A stretch of 64,000 nucleotides of DNA from a virus: positions 6,522 to 70,521 of IMG/VR virus record IMGVR_UViG_3300028025_002503; one strand, written 5' to 3'. The translations under genes and the position numbers were made by a program. The notes beneath the pieces were generated by a model. The model searched no databases and was not told the DNA's origin. It was given only the letters and a program-made list of their open reading frames with translations. This document shows, one piece after another, positions 47,650-55,869 of the stretch. The first letter of the stretch is position 1. The number at the start of each line of letters is the position of its first letter.

Positions 47650-49962
47650 ATGGCTAACAGACAAATAGGTTGGAGTACAGAGTCTAATTTGCTTTGGCAA
47701 ATAGGCAACCAGATTGATAGAATGACAGGTGTCATTGGGTCAACTCTGTCTACATTTGTTCCTCAATCAAGAACATTAACAATAAATGGTGTAACATACG
47801 ATTTGTCTGCTAATAGGTCTTGGACTGTAGCAACAGGATTATCAGGAACTATTGCCACTGGTCAAGTTGCTTTTGGATCTGCAACGAATACCATTTCAGG
47901 AACTAATAATTTGTTTTGGGATGCTGCGAATAGTGGTTTAGTAGTTGGCAACAATGTATTGAGTTCATTTTTTAGATTAGGAGTAAATGGTAATATAGTT
48001 GTATCGGGAACATCTCCTTATATTACTTTTAACACCGCAACAAATAGTGGAAGCACTCCTGCATACATTCAATTCACAAATGCTACAAGTAAATTTGACA
48101 TAGTTTCAACGGGTGCAATTGAGTTCTTCTCAAATGCAAATGCACGAATGAGGTTGTTTGGTACGGGTAACTTGGGAATCAATACGGGTTCAACCGACAG
48201 CGGTCAGCGTTTGCAGGTTAATGGTGATGCGTTTATAAAGGGAAGTGGAGCAACGAGTGCGACAAATGCTTTGTTGGTGCAGAATACAAATGGAACTCTT
48301 ATATTTAGTAATGACAATAGTGGAACAACAACTGTACAGGGTATTACAAATAATGATAGTTCAGTTTTATTCAGGGTTCGTCAACAAAACACTAACACAA
48401 GATTTTCAGTAAACGCATTAGGACAAACATTTATTGGTGGTGATGCAAATGCTGCAACCGATACACTTTTGAGAATTGAAAGGAATTTTAACCCAACAAG
48501 TGGAACGGCAACACATATAACAACATTAATAATCCCGACCATCAACCAAACAGGTGGTGCAAACGGCATCACAAGAGGTTTATATATTAATCCTACATTA
48601 ATTGCTGCTGCCGATTGGCGTAGTATTGAATGGTCAAACAATAGCGGTTGGGGATTGTATGGGGCAGGGACTGCGAATAATTATTTGGGGGGTGCATTAG
48701 CAATCGGAACATCAACATTGACGGGGTATAATTTAAGAATAAGCAAAAATATCACTGGAGCAACAACTGGTGTTGGTGTGGCAGTTGATGGAATTATTTT
48801 ATCAGATGTAACCTCTGTGGTAGCATCATATTTAAGCAGACCTTCAACAAATGATTCATCATTTAATTTAGGTACATTAATACACTTTTCAGTAGGACAA
48901 GGTACATTTCGTTCACCCTCATCCGTATCAGACCAATATGGATTTCTTGTTAATAATGAATTAATAGGTGCAACAAATAATTACGCATTCTTTGGGAACA
49001 TTCCAAGCGGCACAAATCGTTGGAATCTATACATGAACGGAACTGCTGATAATTACCTTCGTGGAAAATTATTGATAAATACCACAACAGTTGGAACTTT
49101 TCTACTTGATGTCAACGGAACGGCAAGGGTGAGTGGTTCGTTAATAGGAGCAGGAGCATTATCAGCAGGTAGTGGAAGTATTGCTTTTTTAACCGCAGCA
49201 ACAACGAGTGGGAATGTTCATTCTGCTGCTATTGGTTATAATGCAATTTCATCAAATGCTCATGCATTCGCTTTTGGTTATAATTCATCGGCATCAGCAA
49301 ACCCATCATTTGCTTTTGGTTATGATGCACAAGCGAGTGGTTCCCAATCAACTGCTTTTTCTAATGGTAGAGCAGTTGGCATATATAGTATTGCTGGGGG
49401 TTATAGAGGTAGTGCAGTTGCTTCACATTCAGTTGCTTTTGGATATCAAAGTAGAGCCTATTTAAATGGTCAGTTTGCAATTTCTGGTGGTAATATGGAC
49501 TACAATGGAGATTCGCAATATTCAGTTTATACGGGGAGTTTAAATACAGGAGCAGTTGGTAGCGGTGGAACATATAGTTTCACGGGTGTTAGACCTTCAA
49601 ATGGAACATTTGGTAGTGGTGTATCTCAAATATGGTTTGTTGAAGCAAAAATTGTTTTTGCAGTTAAGGGGAAAAATACAAGTGTAACTGAATTTAATTT
49701 GGATGATACATACACTTGCGTTTATAGGCTTGCAGTAAAAAGTAATTTCGGTACCGGAACATCAATAATTGGAACACCAACATTAAGCATTGCGTTTAAT
49801 GATACAAACATGGCAACAACATCGGTTTCATTTACTATTGTAAGCAATAACCTTGTTGCAAATGTAACACCACCAACGTGGGCAAGTGCTGGTCAAGTTA
49901 TATTTAGAGGTACATTATCTTATGAATTAACTGAATTAGGTAACTACGCACAAATATTTTAA
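47650..49962 (+). CDS. Second tail fibre: QIG-adaptor, shared fibre boxes, YadA-head-like repeats
   Basis: RQIGWSTESNLLW start; boxes shared with 38148; ~14-aa AxGYxAxA repeats at ~49220-49460. Confidence 0.8.
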   Translation: MANRQIGWSTESNLLWQIGNQIDRMTGVIGSTLSTFVPQSRTLTINGVTYDLSANRSWTVATGLSGTIATGQVAFGSATNTISGTNNLFWDAANSGLVVGNNVLSSFFRLGVNGNIVVSGTSPYITFNTATNSGSTPAYIQFTNATSKFDIVSTGAIEFFSNANARMRLFGTGNLGINTGSTDSGQRLQVNGDAFIKGSGATSATNALLVQNTNGTLIFSNDNSGTTTVQGITNNDSSVLFRVRQQNTNTRFSVNALGQTFIGGDANAATDTLLRIERNFNPTSGTATHITTLIIPTINQTGGANGITRGLYINPTLIAAADWRSIEWSNNSGWGLYGAGTANNYLGGALAIGTSTLTGYNLRISKNITGATTGVGVAVDGIILSDVTSVVASYLSRPSTNDSSFNLGTLIHFSVGQGTFRSPSSVSDQYGFLVNNELIGATNNYAFFGNIPSGTNRWNLYMNGTADNYLRGKLLINTTTVGTFLLDVNGTARVSGSLIGAGALSAGSGSIAFLTAATTSGNVHSAAIGYNAISSNAHAFAFGYNSSASANPSFAFGYDAQASGSQSTAFSNGRAVGIYSIAGGYRGSAVASHSVAFGYQSRAYLNGQFAISGGNMDYNGDSQYSVYTGSLNTGAVGSGGTYSFTGVRPSNGTFGSGVSQIWFVEAKIVFAVKGKNTSVTEFNLDDTYTCVYRLAVKSNFGTGTSIIGTPTLSIAFNDTNMATTSVSFTIVSNNLVANVTPPTWASAGQVIFRGTLSYELTELGNYAQIF

Positions 49963-49979
49963 TATCTAAACAAATAAAA

Positions 49980-50294
49980 ATGGCAAAACAAATTGAACCT
50001 ATCAATGTATGGGTAAATGGCGAAAGCAAACAAGCGGAGTATTTTCAAGTTACTTGCATCAATGACAACTATGAAAATTCAGCAACGAATTATTGGCAGT
50101 TGTTCACCAAGGTTATACAAATGAATGGTATTGATGAAGATTTACCCGTTGAAGTACCAGGCGAACAAGTTGCTCAAGGCAATCTAACGATTAGCGGACA
50201 GGACTACATCAATTGGGGAGACCAACCTGCAATGGCAATCAATGCTTGGATCTATGATTGGAGCGCTGAGCAACTTAACTTGACAATTATTTAG
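49980..50294 (+). CDS. Small acidic protein following the fibre (chaperone-like)
   Basis: 104 aa; assignment by position only. Confidence 0.45.
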   Translation: MAKQIEPINVWVNGESKQAEYFQVTCINDNYENSATNYWQLFTKVIQMNGIDEDLPVEVPGEQVAQGNLTISGQDYINWGDQPAMAINAWIYDWSAEQLNLTII

Positions 50295-50310
50295 TCTAAA
50301 ACATTTAGAC

Positions 50311-50952
50311 ATGATGAACAAACAAATTGGTTGGAGTAATGAGTCTAATCTCTTATGGGAGATTGGTAAGAAGCTAGAAAGGCTCATACAAGTGGTTGGA
50401 CCAGCTCCTGGTCCACCACCTCCACCACCACCAGCATTAAAATTAACATTTGGATTAGGTTTTCCTGTTGGTGATGCTACTGATGTTTCACTATGGAATA
50501 CACTACTTGGTTCATCATTTACAACATCTACAGTAGATGGACTTACTGCTAGTCTTACTGGTGGTTCTGGTTTTACTTTATTAACTTATTGTTTATATGA
50601 CGCAGGACTTGTTAGTATTATAGATGAAGCAAGTTTTGTACTTGGTGGAGAAGATTCTTGTCTTGCATACAATGCTACTTTAACAACAGTGAATCTTCCA
50701 GCGGCAGTAAATTTCTCAGGAACTCGTAATTTTGAAAATGCAGGATTTATTATTAGTAATATTACATTCAATCTTTCAGCTTGTACTCAATTGGGAAATA
50801 CAGTAGGAAATAATAATGTATTTAATGGAGTAGCAGGAAAAAATATAACTCTTACTATTCCTGCTAGTCTAATGACTTGTAATAGTGGAAATCCAGATGG
50901 AGACATTCAAAACCTACAGGCTAACAATACAGTGACAATAGTTACAACTTAA
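50311..50952 (+). CDS. QIG-adaptor protein with polyproline linker and LRR/BspA-like domain
   Basis: KQIGWSNESNLLWEI, then PAPGPPPPPPPA, then LTTVNLPAA-type strands. Confidence 0.6.
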   Translation: MMNKQIGWSNESNLLWEIGKKLERLIQVVGPAPGPPPPPPPALKLTFGLGFPVGDATDVSLWNTLLGSSFTTSTVDGLTASLTGGSGFTLLTYCLYDAGLVSIIDEASFVLGGEDSCLAYNATLTTVNLPAAVNFSGTRNFENAGFIISNITFNLSACTQLGNTVGNNNVFNGVAGKNITLTIPASLMTCNSGNPDGDIQNLQANNTVTIVTT

Positions 50953-50963
50953 AAACAAAAATA

Positions 50964-51374
50964 ATGAGCAACAAACGCTTTTTAAAAGCATACGCAAGAT
51001 TTGATGGTTCAGGAAGGATCGTTCCTTCTTCCACCATCCTTAGAAAGAATAAGCCCAAGGTGGGTGATTGGAAAGAAGTGCAAACATATTTGTGTTGCAA
51101 TGGAACAGAATTGTTTTACACTCCATCTCTTCCAATTATCAATCTTCAGCTTGCTATTGAATGTAATGGTTCAGTTGTTCACTCTGAATTCATCTTTGGT
51201 GAATGGTTCACTCTAAATGAATTAGTGGATGCTATGAATGCTGATCCTCTTACAAGTGCAATTGGGTATTTTGTTGCTCAGTCTGACGGATCTATAAAAC
51301 TTACAGTTCCAGATGCTGTAAAACAAGAATATTGTCCAACAGGAATAATGTCATTTCAGGCTGTAGCTTCTTAA
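50964..51374 (+). CDS. LKAY-YxCC family protein 1
   Basis: Shared N-terminal ~45-aa module. Confidence 0.7.
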   Translation: MSNKRFLKAYARFDGSGRIVPSSTILRKNKPKVGDWKEVQTYLCCNGTELFYTPSLPIINLQLAIECNGSVVHSEFIFGEWFTLNELVDAMNADPLTSAIGYFVAQSDGSIKLTVPDAVKQEYCPTGIMSFQAVAS

Positions 51375-51384
51375 ATTCTAAACA

Positions 51385-51810
51385 ATGGCTAGTAATCAAA
51401 GATTACTGAAAGCATATCTTCGTTATGATGACACTGGTAGGATAAGTCCTGGCAGTCTTGTCCTTAGAGGAAATATGCCCAAAGGAAGAGGATGGGTAGA
51501 AGTTCCAGCATATGAATGCTGTAATCCTTTTGTTTCAATCTCTAATACAATAATTCCAGGAGGAACACCAGGAACAATTTGTGTGTATGCATTTGAAATA
51601 TATTGTGATGAAGTTGGTGTCCTTGGTGTAGCTATGGATTTTGGTAACACACTTACAAGTGTATTAGCTGGATTAAATTCTACATATGGATTTCTTGGAC
51701 AATGGATAGCTCCTAATAGTGAAACTATTCAACTTAATTTAAAACAAGATGTTGCAAATAATTTGTGTCCTAATGGAACATTAACAATTGCATTTTTCTG
51801 TGGAGGATAA
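51385..51810 (+). CDS. LKAY-YxCC family protein 2
   Basis: Shared N-terminal module; C-terminal part also resembles protein 1 (CPxG). Confidence 0.7.
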   Translation: MASNQRLLKAYLRYDDTGRISPGSLVLRGNMPKGRGWVEVPAYECCNPFVSISNTIIPGGTPGTICVYAFEIYCDEVGVLGVAMDFGNTLTSVLAGLNSTYGFLGQWIAPNSETIQLNLKQDVANNLCPNGTLTIAFFCGG

Positions 51811-51826
51811 TATAAAACAATAAACA

Positions 51827-52681
51827 ATGGGTAATAAAAGAATTTTAAAGGCTTACGAACGTTACGATTATAATGGAAAAGTGGTTCCTGGTAGCCTAGT
51901 TCTCAGGGATAGGATTCCTAAGAATGGTAAATGGAAAGAACTTACAGGATACCAATGTTGTAATGATATAATACCAGTATCACTTCTAGGATTTAAAATG
52001 TTTGTCACTACAGTTGATAGTAGTAGTCTTTTTGAATTTACTTTGACAGCTTCGGAATCTGGATCTATTAATTTTATTTTAGACTGGGGAGATGGTAGTT
52101 CTTTCCAACCAGTAACTATTGCATCAGGAGCTAGTCAAGTTTTAAATCATGAATATGCTGACGCAAACGAGTATACAGTGACATTAGGTTTTACTAATAC
52201 TTCTTATGAGAATATATCTGGTTTAGAAGCCTCGCAATTTGTTCTTAAAGGAATAGACAATGTTTCTTATATATCAAGTGTTGTAAATTTAAATCTTACA
52301 AATAGTGGAATTACAACACTTAATTTAGGAACTATGCCTAATCTGTTTGAGATATATTTAACAGATTGTAGTTCATTAACAGGATCATTGTTTACAGGCT
52401 CAACTCTTCCAGCTCTTTCTCTTGTGTATGCTAATAACACATCAATAAGTAATGTTGACATAACAGCTACACCAGATTTGTATGTTCTCTATTCATCAGG
52501 CACTGCAATAACAAACAGTACAAATATAGATAACATCTTCATTAACATTCTTGCTAACGATAGAACAGGTGGTGTAATTGTTCTAACTGGAGGAACTAAC
52601 GCTGCTCCAACAGCTGCTAGTGCTGCTGCTAGAGCCACTCTTGCAAGTCTTACGTATGATTATTATTTAGCTTATAATTAA
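51827..52681 (+). CDS. LKAY-YxCC family protein 3 with PKD-like and LRR domains
   Basis: Shared N-terminal module, then DWGDG (PKD-like) and LxxLxL-type repeats. Confidence 0.7.
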   Translation: MGNKRILKAYERYDYNGKVVPGSLVLRDRIPKNGKWKELTGYQCCNDIIPVSLLGFKMFVTTVDSSSLFEFTLTASESGSINFILDWGDGSSFQPVTIASGASQVLNHEYADANEYTVTLGFTNTSYENISGLEASQFVLKGIDNVSYISSVVNLNLTNSGITTLNLGTMPNLFEIYLTDCSSLTGSLFTGSTLPALSLVYANNTSISNVDITATPDLYVLYSSGTAITNSTNIDNIFINILANDRTGGVIVLTGGTNAAPTAASAAARATLASLTYDYYLAYN

Positions 52682-52694
52682 AAACTAACATAAA

Positions 52695-53105
52695 ATGGCA
52701 AAATCCCTATTTCCAGAAGACATGATGTCAAAGTCTGGAGGAGCTATGACTCTTGAAACCATCGCAGCAAAGCTCACGTATTTCCATGAACAGTTGCATT
52801 TATTGCATTGGCAGACAAGCTCTTATGCTGAACATCAAGCTCTTGGAGGATTGTACGATTATTTACATGATTTCAAAGATGGATTGATTGAAAAGATTAT
52901 GGGATATACAGGGAAACGTCCTGGTGTTTATAAAATTGATGCTCTTACATCAACACCTGCTGCTTCTGTAGTTAGTGAACTGATGTCATTTGCTTCTAGC
53001 CTGAAAGATTATGGTGAAGCAAATTCATATCACGATGTATGTAATCTTGCTGATTCTCTTTCTGGAGAAGCAGCTAAAACAAAATATCTGCTAACTCTGA
53101 GTTAA
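52695..53105 (+). CDS. Ferritin/Dps-like four-helix protein (DUF5856-like)
   Basis: HLLHWQTSSYAEHQALGGLYD...DGLIEKIMG and C-terminal KYLLTL. Confidence 0.75.
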   Translation: MAKSLFPEDMMSKSGGAMTLETIAAKLTYFHEQLHLLHWQTSSYAEHQALGGLYDYLHDFKDGLIEKIMGYTGKRPGVYKIDALTSTPAASVVSELMSFASSLKDYGEANSYHDVCNLADSLSGEAAKTKYLLTLS

Positions 53106-53386
53106 TGCAAATACAAACAAAATTCTTCCCACAGGTGATGCCAGATAATGAATTAGCTTATCTGGCACATCTTCAGGGAATCATTGATTCTGTAGATGAG
53201 CTTTCTACATTAGAGATAACAAAGAATCCTAATTCTTACCACTTTAGACTAGCTCCTTCTCTCCCCATGTACAATGACATGTTATTGGAAGAGCTATTAA
53301 AGTTCCACAATATGCTCCAAATACAACTGGATCTCTCCAAGAGTATAAAAAGCAGTGCAACAATAGTCTTTAACATATCGATATAA
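53105..53386 (+). CDS. Hypothetical protein
   Basis: 93 aa, TAATG-coupled. Confidence 0.6.
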   Translation: MQIQTKFFPQVMPDNELAYLAHLQGIIDSVDELSTLEITKNPNSYHFRLAPSLPMYNDMLLEELLKFHNMLQIQLDLSKSIKSSATIVFNISI

Positions 53387-53388
53387 AA

Positions 53389-53426
53389 AATAAATTTGGC
53401 AATTCCAAATTTATTATCTATATTCG
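53389..53426 (+). promoter_or_regulatory. Promoter with an 11-bp inverted repeat over the -33 box
   Basis: AATAAATTTGG-N5-CCAAATTTATT (53389-53415); TTTG-N20-TATATTCG (53419-26). Confidence 0.6.
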
Positions 53427-53450
53427 CCCCTAAAACCAAAAATTAAATAT

Positions 53451-53690
53451 ATGTCACAAACTTACGACAGGAATAAAGCCTATAAATGGACACCAAATGA
53501 TGAATTCCTTCTTTCTGGAGCAGAATTTGGTACAATATTAAACGCTTTCCGTGCTGTTCTTTCTACACCAGAAGCTCAAAAAATCATAATGGTTGAAAGA
53601 GCTAATGAAGCAATTGAAAGTGTTTTAGCTAGAGCAGTGGAATCAGGTCAAGTTGTGGAATCTATAGAAGATAATCCATCATCACTATAA
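53451..53690 (+). CDS. Hypothetical protein
   Basis: 79 aa, directly after the promoter. Confidence 0.65.
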   Translation: MSQTYDRNKAYKWTPNDEFLLSGAEFGTILNAFRAVLSTPEAQKIIMVERANEAIESVLARAVESGQVVESIEDNPSSL

Positions 53691-53692
53691 AC

Positions 53693-53773
53693 ATGAACCT
53701 CTGCGGTATACATATAAAAGAATTAGATAAAGACGGACTATGTTCAATTTGCTTGATAGAATCTCAAAAATAA
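53693..53773 (+). CDS. 26-aa CxxH...CxxC micro zinc-finger protein (not in the ORF track)
   Basis: MNLCGIHIKELDKDGLCSICLIESQK; fills the gap exactly and is TAATG-coupled to the next gene. Confidence 0.6.
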   Translation: MNLCGIHIKELDKDGLCSICLIESQK

Positions 53774-54129
53774 TGGCTACAATTAAAAAACTATTGCAAT
53801 CTTCTCCAAAGATGCGTAATGTAACACCTGTTCCGAATGGTCCCTTGGTTAAGAAAAAAGGACCATACAAAGGATCTACTCTCAAAGATGGTGGAAAGGT
53901 TAACGTTGAAGCTGGTGGAGAGAAGCATGTAGTTTATAAAGCTGCTAAAAAGAGTAATAAAGCTACCAAAGGAGACATAATTGTAAACCATCCTACAAAA
54001 GACAAGGGTCAATGGGACACAATCAATCTCACCAAAAAGGGCAAAGCTAAAACTGTTAAAGAAGGTGTGGCTGCTACAAAGAAATGGCACAAAGACAATC
54101 CTGATTACAAATATAAAAAGTCTAAATAA
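53773..54129 (+). CDS. Lys-rich small protein
   Basis: ATG 53773; contains LKDGG. Confidence 0.7.
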   Translation: MATIKKLLQSSPKMRNVTPVPNGPLVKKKGPYKGSTLKDGGKVNVEAGGEKHVVYKAAKKSNKATKGDIIVNHPTKDKGQWDTINLTKKGKAKTVKEGVAATKKWHKDNPDYKYKKSK

Positions 54130-54281
54130 TGGCAAAAGCAATGTCAAAAGCTAAAAACATCTCTGCAGGTGTTGGTGGCAAAGGAAAGAAAGCTCCTATG
54201 GTAGATCCTAAAGGTGCTTGGACAAAGATTCAAGAACGCACACTTGGTGCTAAGGGTAAGAAATCATCTAAAAAGAAATAA
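54129..54281 (+). CDS. Lys-rich 50-aa protein
   Basis: MAKAMSKAKNISAGVGGKGKKAPMVDPKGAW...; TAATG-coupled. Confidence 0.65.
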   Translation: MAKAMSKAKNISAGVGGKGKKAPMVDPKGAWTKIQERTLGAKGKKSSKKK

Positions 54282-54282
54282 A

Positions 54283-54546
54283 ATGGCAGCTGCTAAGAAA
54301 ATTAAGAAGGCACAAGTTGGTGGCAAGTATCAGTCTATGGGAGATGCTACTAAAGTTAGTGCTAAAAAATCCAAATATGTTTCTGAAGACGGAAACTATA
54401 AAATGAAATTTAAAGGTGGGGATGATAATTCTGCACCTACCAGTGCTGTTCAAAGAAGAACAGTAAAAGGATTTTTAAAAGGAGCACCAAAAGCTGCTGG
54501 TAAAATGACTTTGAAATCTGGTGGTAAAGTTTCTAAAAAGAAATAA
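54283..54546 (+). CDS. Lys-rich protein with KAQVGG and LKSGG motifs
   Basis: 87 aa from ATG 54283. Confidence 0.7.
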   Translation: MAAAKKIKKAQVGGKYQSMGDATKVSAKKSKYVSEDGNYKMKFKGGDDNSAPTSAVQRRTVKGFLKGAPKAAGKMTLKSGGKVSKKK

Positions 54547-54548
54547 CC

Positions 54549-54710
54549 ATGGCTACAGATAAAAAGTGGATGCAAAAAGCTTCTGCTTCTATTAAACGTA
54601 GAGGTACAGAAGGTAAATGCACTCCCATCACCAAACCTGGATGTACAGGTAAAGCTAAAGCCCTAGCTAAGACATTCAAAAAGATTGCTAAAGCTCGTAA
54701 AGGTAAATAA
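54549..54710 (+). CDS. Lys-rich 53-aa protein
   Basis: MATDKKWMQKASASIKRRGTEGKCTPITKPGCTGKAKALAKTFKK... Confidence 0.7.
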   Translation: MATDKKWMQKASASIKRRGTEGKCTPITKPGCTGKAKALAKTFKKIAKARKGK

Positions 54711-54711
54711 G

Positions 54712-55062
54712 ATGGCTAGAATACCTAAGAACAAAGTGTATAATCCACAGAAAGCAGAAGCTTATGTAGGAAAAGATGTTCTTAAGAATGGTGGTAAAAC
54801 ACCTGCTTGGACACGTTCTGAAGGAAAAGATCCAAAAGGTGGACTCAACCGTAAAGGTGTTGCTAGCTATAGAGCTGCTAATCCTGGATCTAAACTTAAG
54901 ATGGCAGTAACCACTCCTCCTTCAAAATTAAAGAAGGGTAGTAAGGCTGCTAATAGAAGAAAGAGTTTCTGTGCAAGGATGTCAGGGGTTAAAGGACCTA
55001 TGACAAAACCTAACGGTAAACCTACAAGAAAATCACTGGCACTTAAAAAATGGAATTGTTGA
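54712..55062 (+). CDS. Basic phage protein, DUF6321-like
   Basis: AWTRSEGKDPKGGLN...RRKSFCARM...KKWNC. Confidence 0.7.
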   Translation: MARIPKNKVYNPQKAEAYVGKDVLKNGGKTPAWTRSEGKDPKGGLNRKGVASYRAANPGSKLKMAVTTPPSKLKKGSKAANRRKSFCARMSGVKGPMTKPNGKPTRKSLALKKWNC

Positions 55063-55063
55063 T

Positions 55064-55213
55064 ATGAAAAAGATGATTAAACGTAAAGATGGATCTGTAT
55101 CACAACATGGTTTGTGGGATTCTATTCGTGAGAACAAAGGATCTGGAAAGAAACCTACAGCACAAATGTTAAAGCAAGAAAAGAAGATTAAGTCACAAAC
55201 TAAAAAGAAATAA
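55064..55213 (+). CDS. Lys-rich 49-aa protein
   Basis: MKKMIKRKDGSVSQHGLWDSIRENKGSGKKPTAQMLKQEKKIK... Confidence 0.7.
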   Translation: MKKMIKRKDGSVSQHGLWDSIRENKGSGKKPTAQMLKQEKKIKSQTKKK

Positions 55214-55215
55214 TT

Positions 55216-55869
55216 ATGGCAACTGTTAAGAAAATTAGAAGAGCTCAAGATGGTGAAGATGTACCATGTCCTCCAGGTGGGGGTGGAAAATGTAGACCAT
55301 CTGGTTCTCCCAGATTTTCTATAGGTGCTAGTACTTCAGGAGGAAAAGGAAGAAGTTATAAAATAACTAAAGAAGATGAGGAAGAGGGTAGAATAAAAAG
55401 GATTGGTGAAAGAATAAAGACTAGTGCTAAGAACTCTGTTCCACAATCAACTGCTCCTGGTGTAAGAGGTGAAAAGAAAGGAAAAGAAAGTTTTTTTGGT
55501 GGTGATAAAGATATTAACGAAGCTAAATACGGAAAGAAAATGACAAAGATTAAAAAAGCTCAAGTAGGTAAACTTGTAACTAAGAAGAAAGCTGCTGTAG
55601 ATTCAGTTGAAAGTGAAATGTATCCTGGTAAGATGATTCCTAAATCTTCTGTAACCAAAGGACCATACATCACTCCTAAGAAATCTACTCCTAAGAAGAA
55701 AATGAAATCTGGTGGATCGTTCCCTGACCTTAATAAGGATGGTAAGATCACTAAGGCTGACATTCTTAAAGGACGTGGAGTTATTAAGAATGGTGGTAAG
55801 ATGGCAAAGAAAGCCAAGTCTGGAATGAAAATGATGAGTGGTGGTAAATGTAAATATGGTTGTAAATAA
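55216..55869 (+). CDS. Lys-rich protein with multiple xxxG(G) motifs and an EF-hand-like loop
   Basis: RAQDG, AKYG, KAQVG, MKSGG, IKNGG, MMSGG; DLNKDGKITKAD. Confidence 0.7.
   Translation: MATVKKIRRAQDGEDVPCPPGGGGKCRPSGSPRFSIGASTSGGKGRSYKITKEDEEEGRIKRIGERIKTSAKNSVPQSTAPGVRGEKKGKESFFGGDKDINEAKYGKKMTKIKKAQVGKLVTKKKAAVDSVESEMYPGKMIPKSSVTKGPYITPKKSTPKKKMKSGGSFPDLNKDGKITKADILKGRGVIKNGGKMAKKAKSGMKMMSGGKCKYGCK

Noticed and set aside
38148-49962. Diversity-generating retroelement acting on the fibres
   Set aside because: No reverse transcriptase in the window; repeat copies lie within coding regions and differ mostly at synonymous positions, not specifically at adenines.
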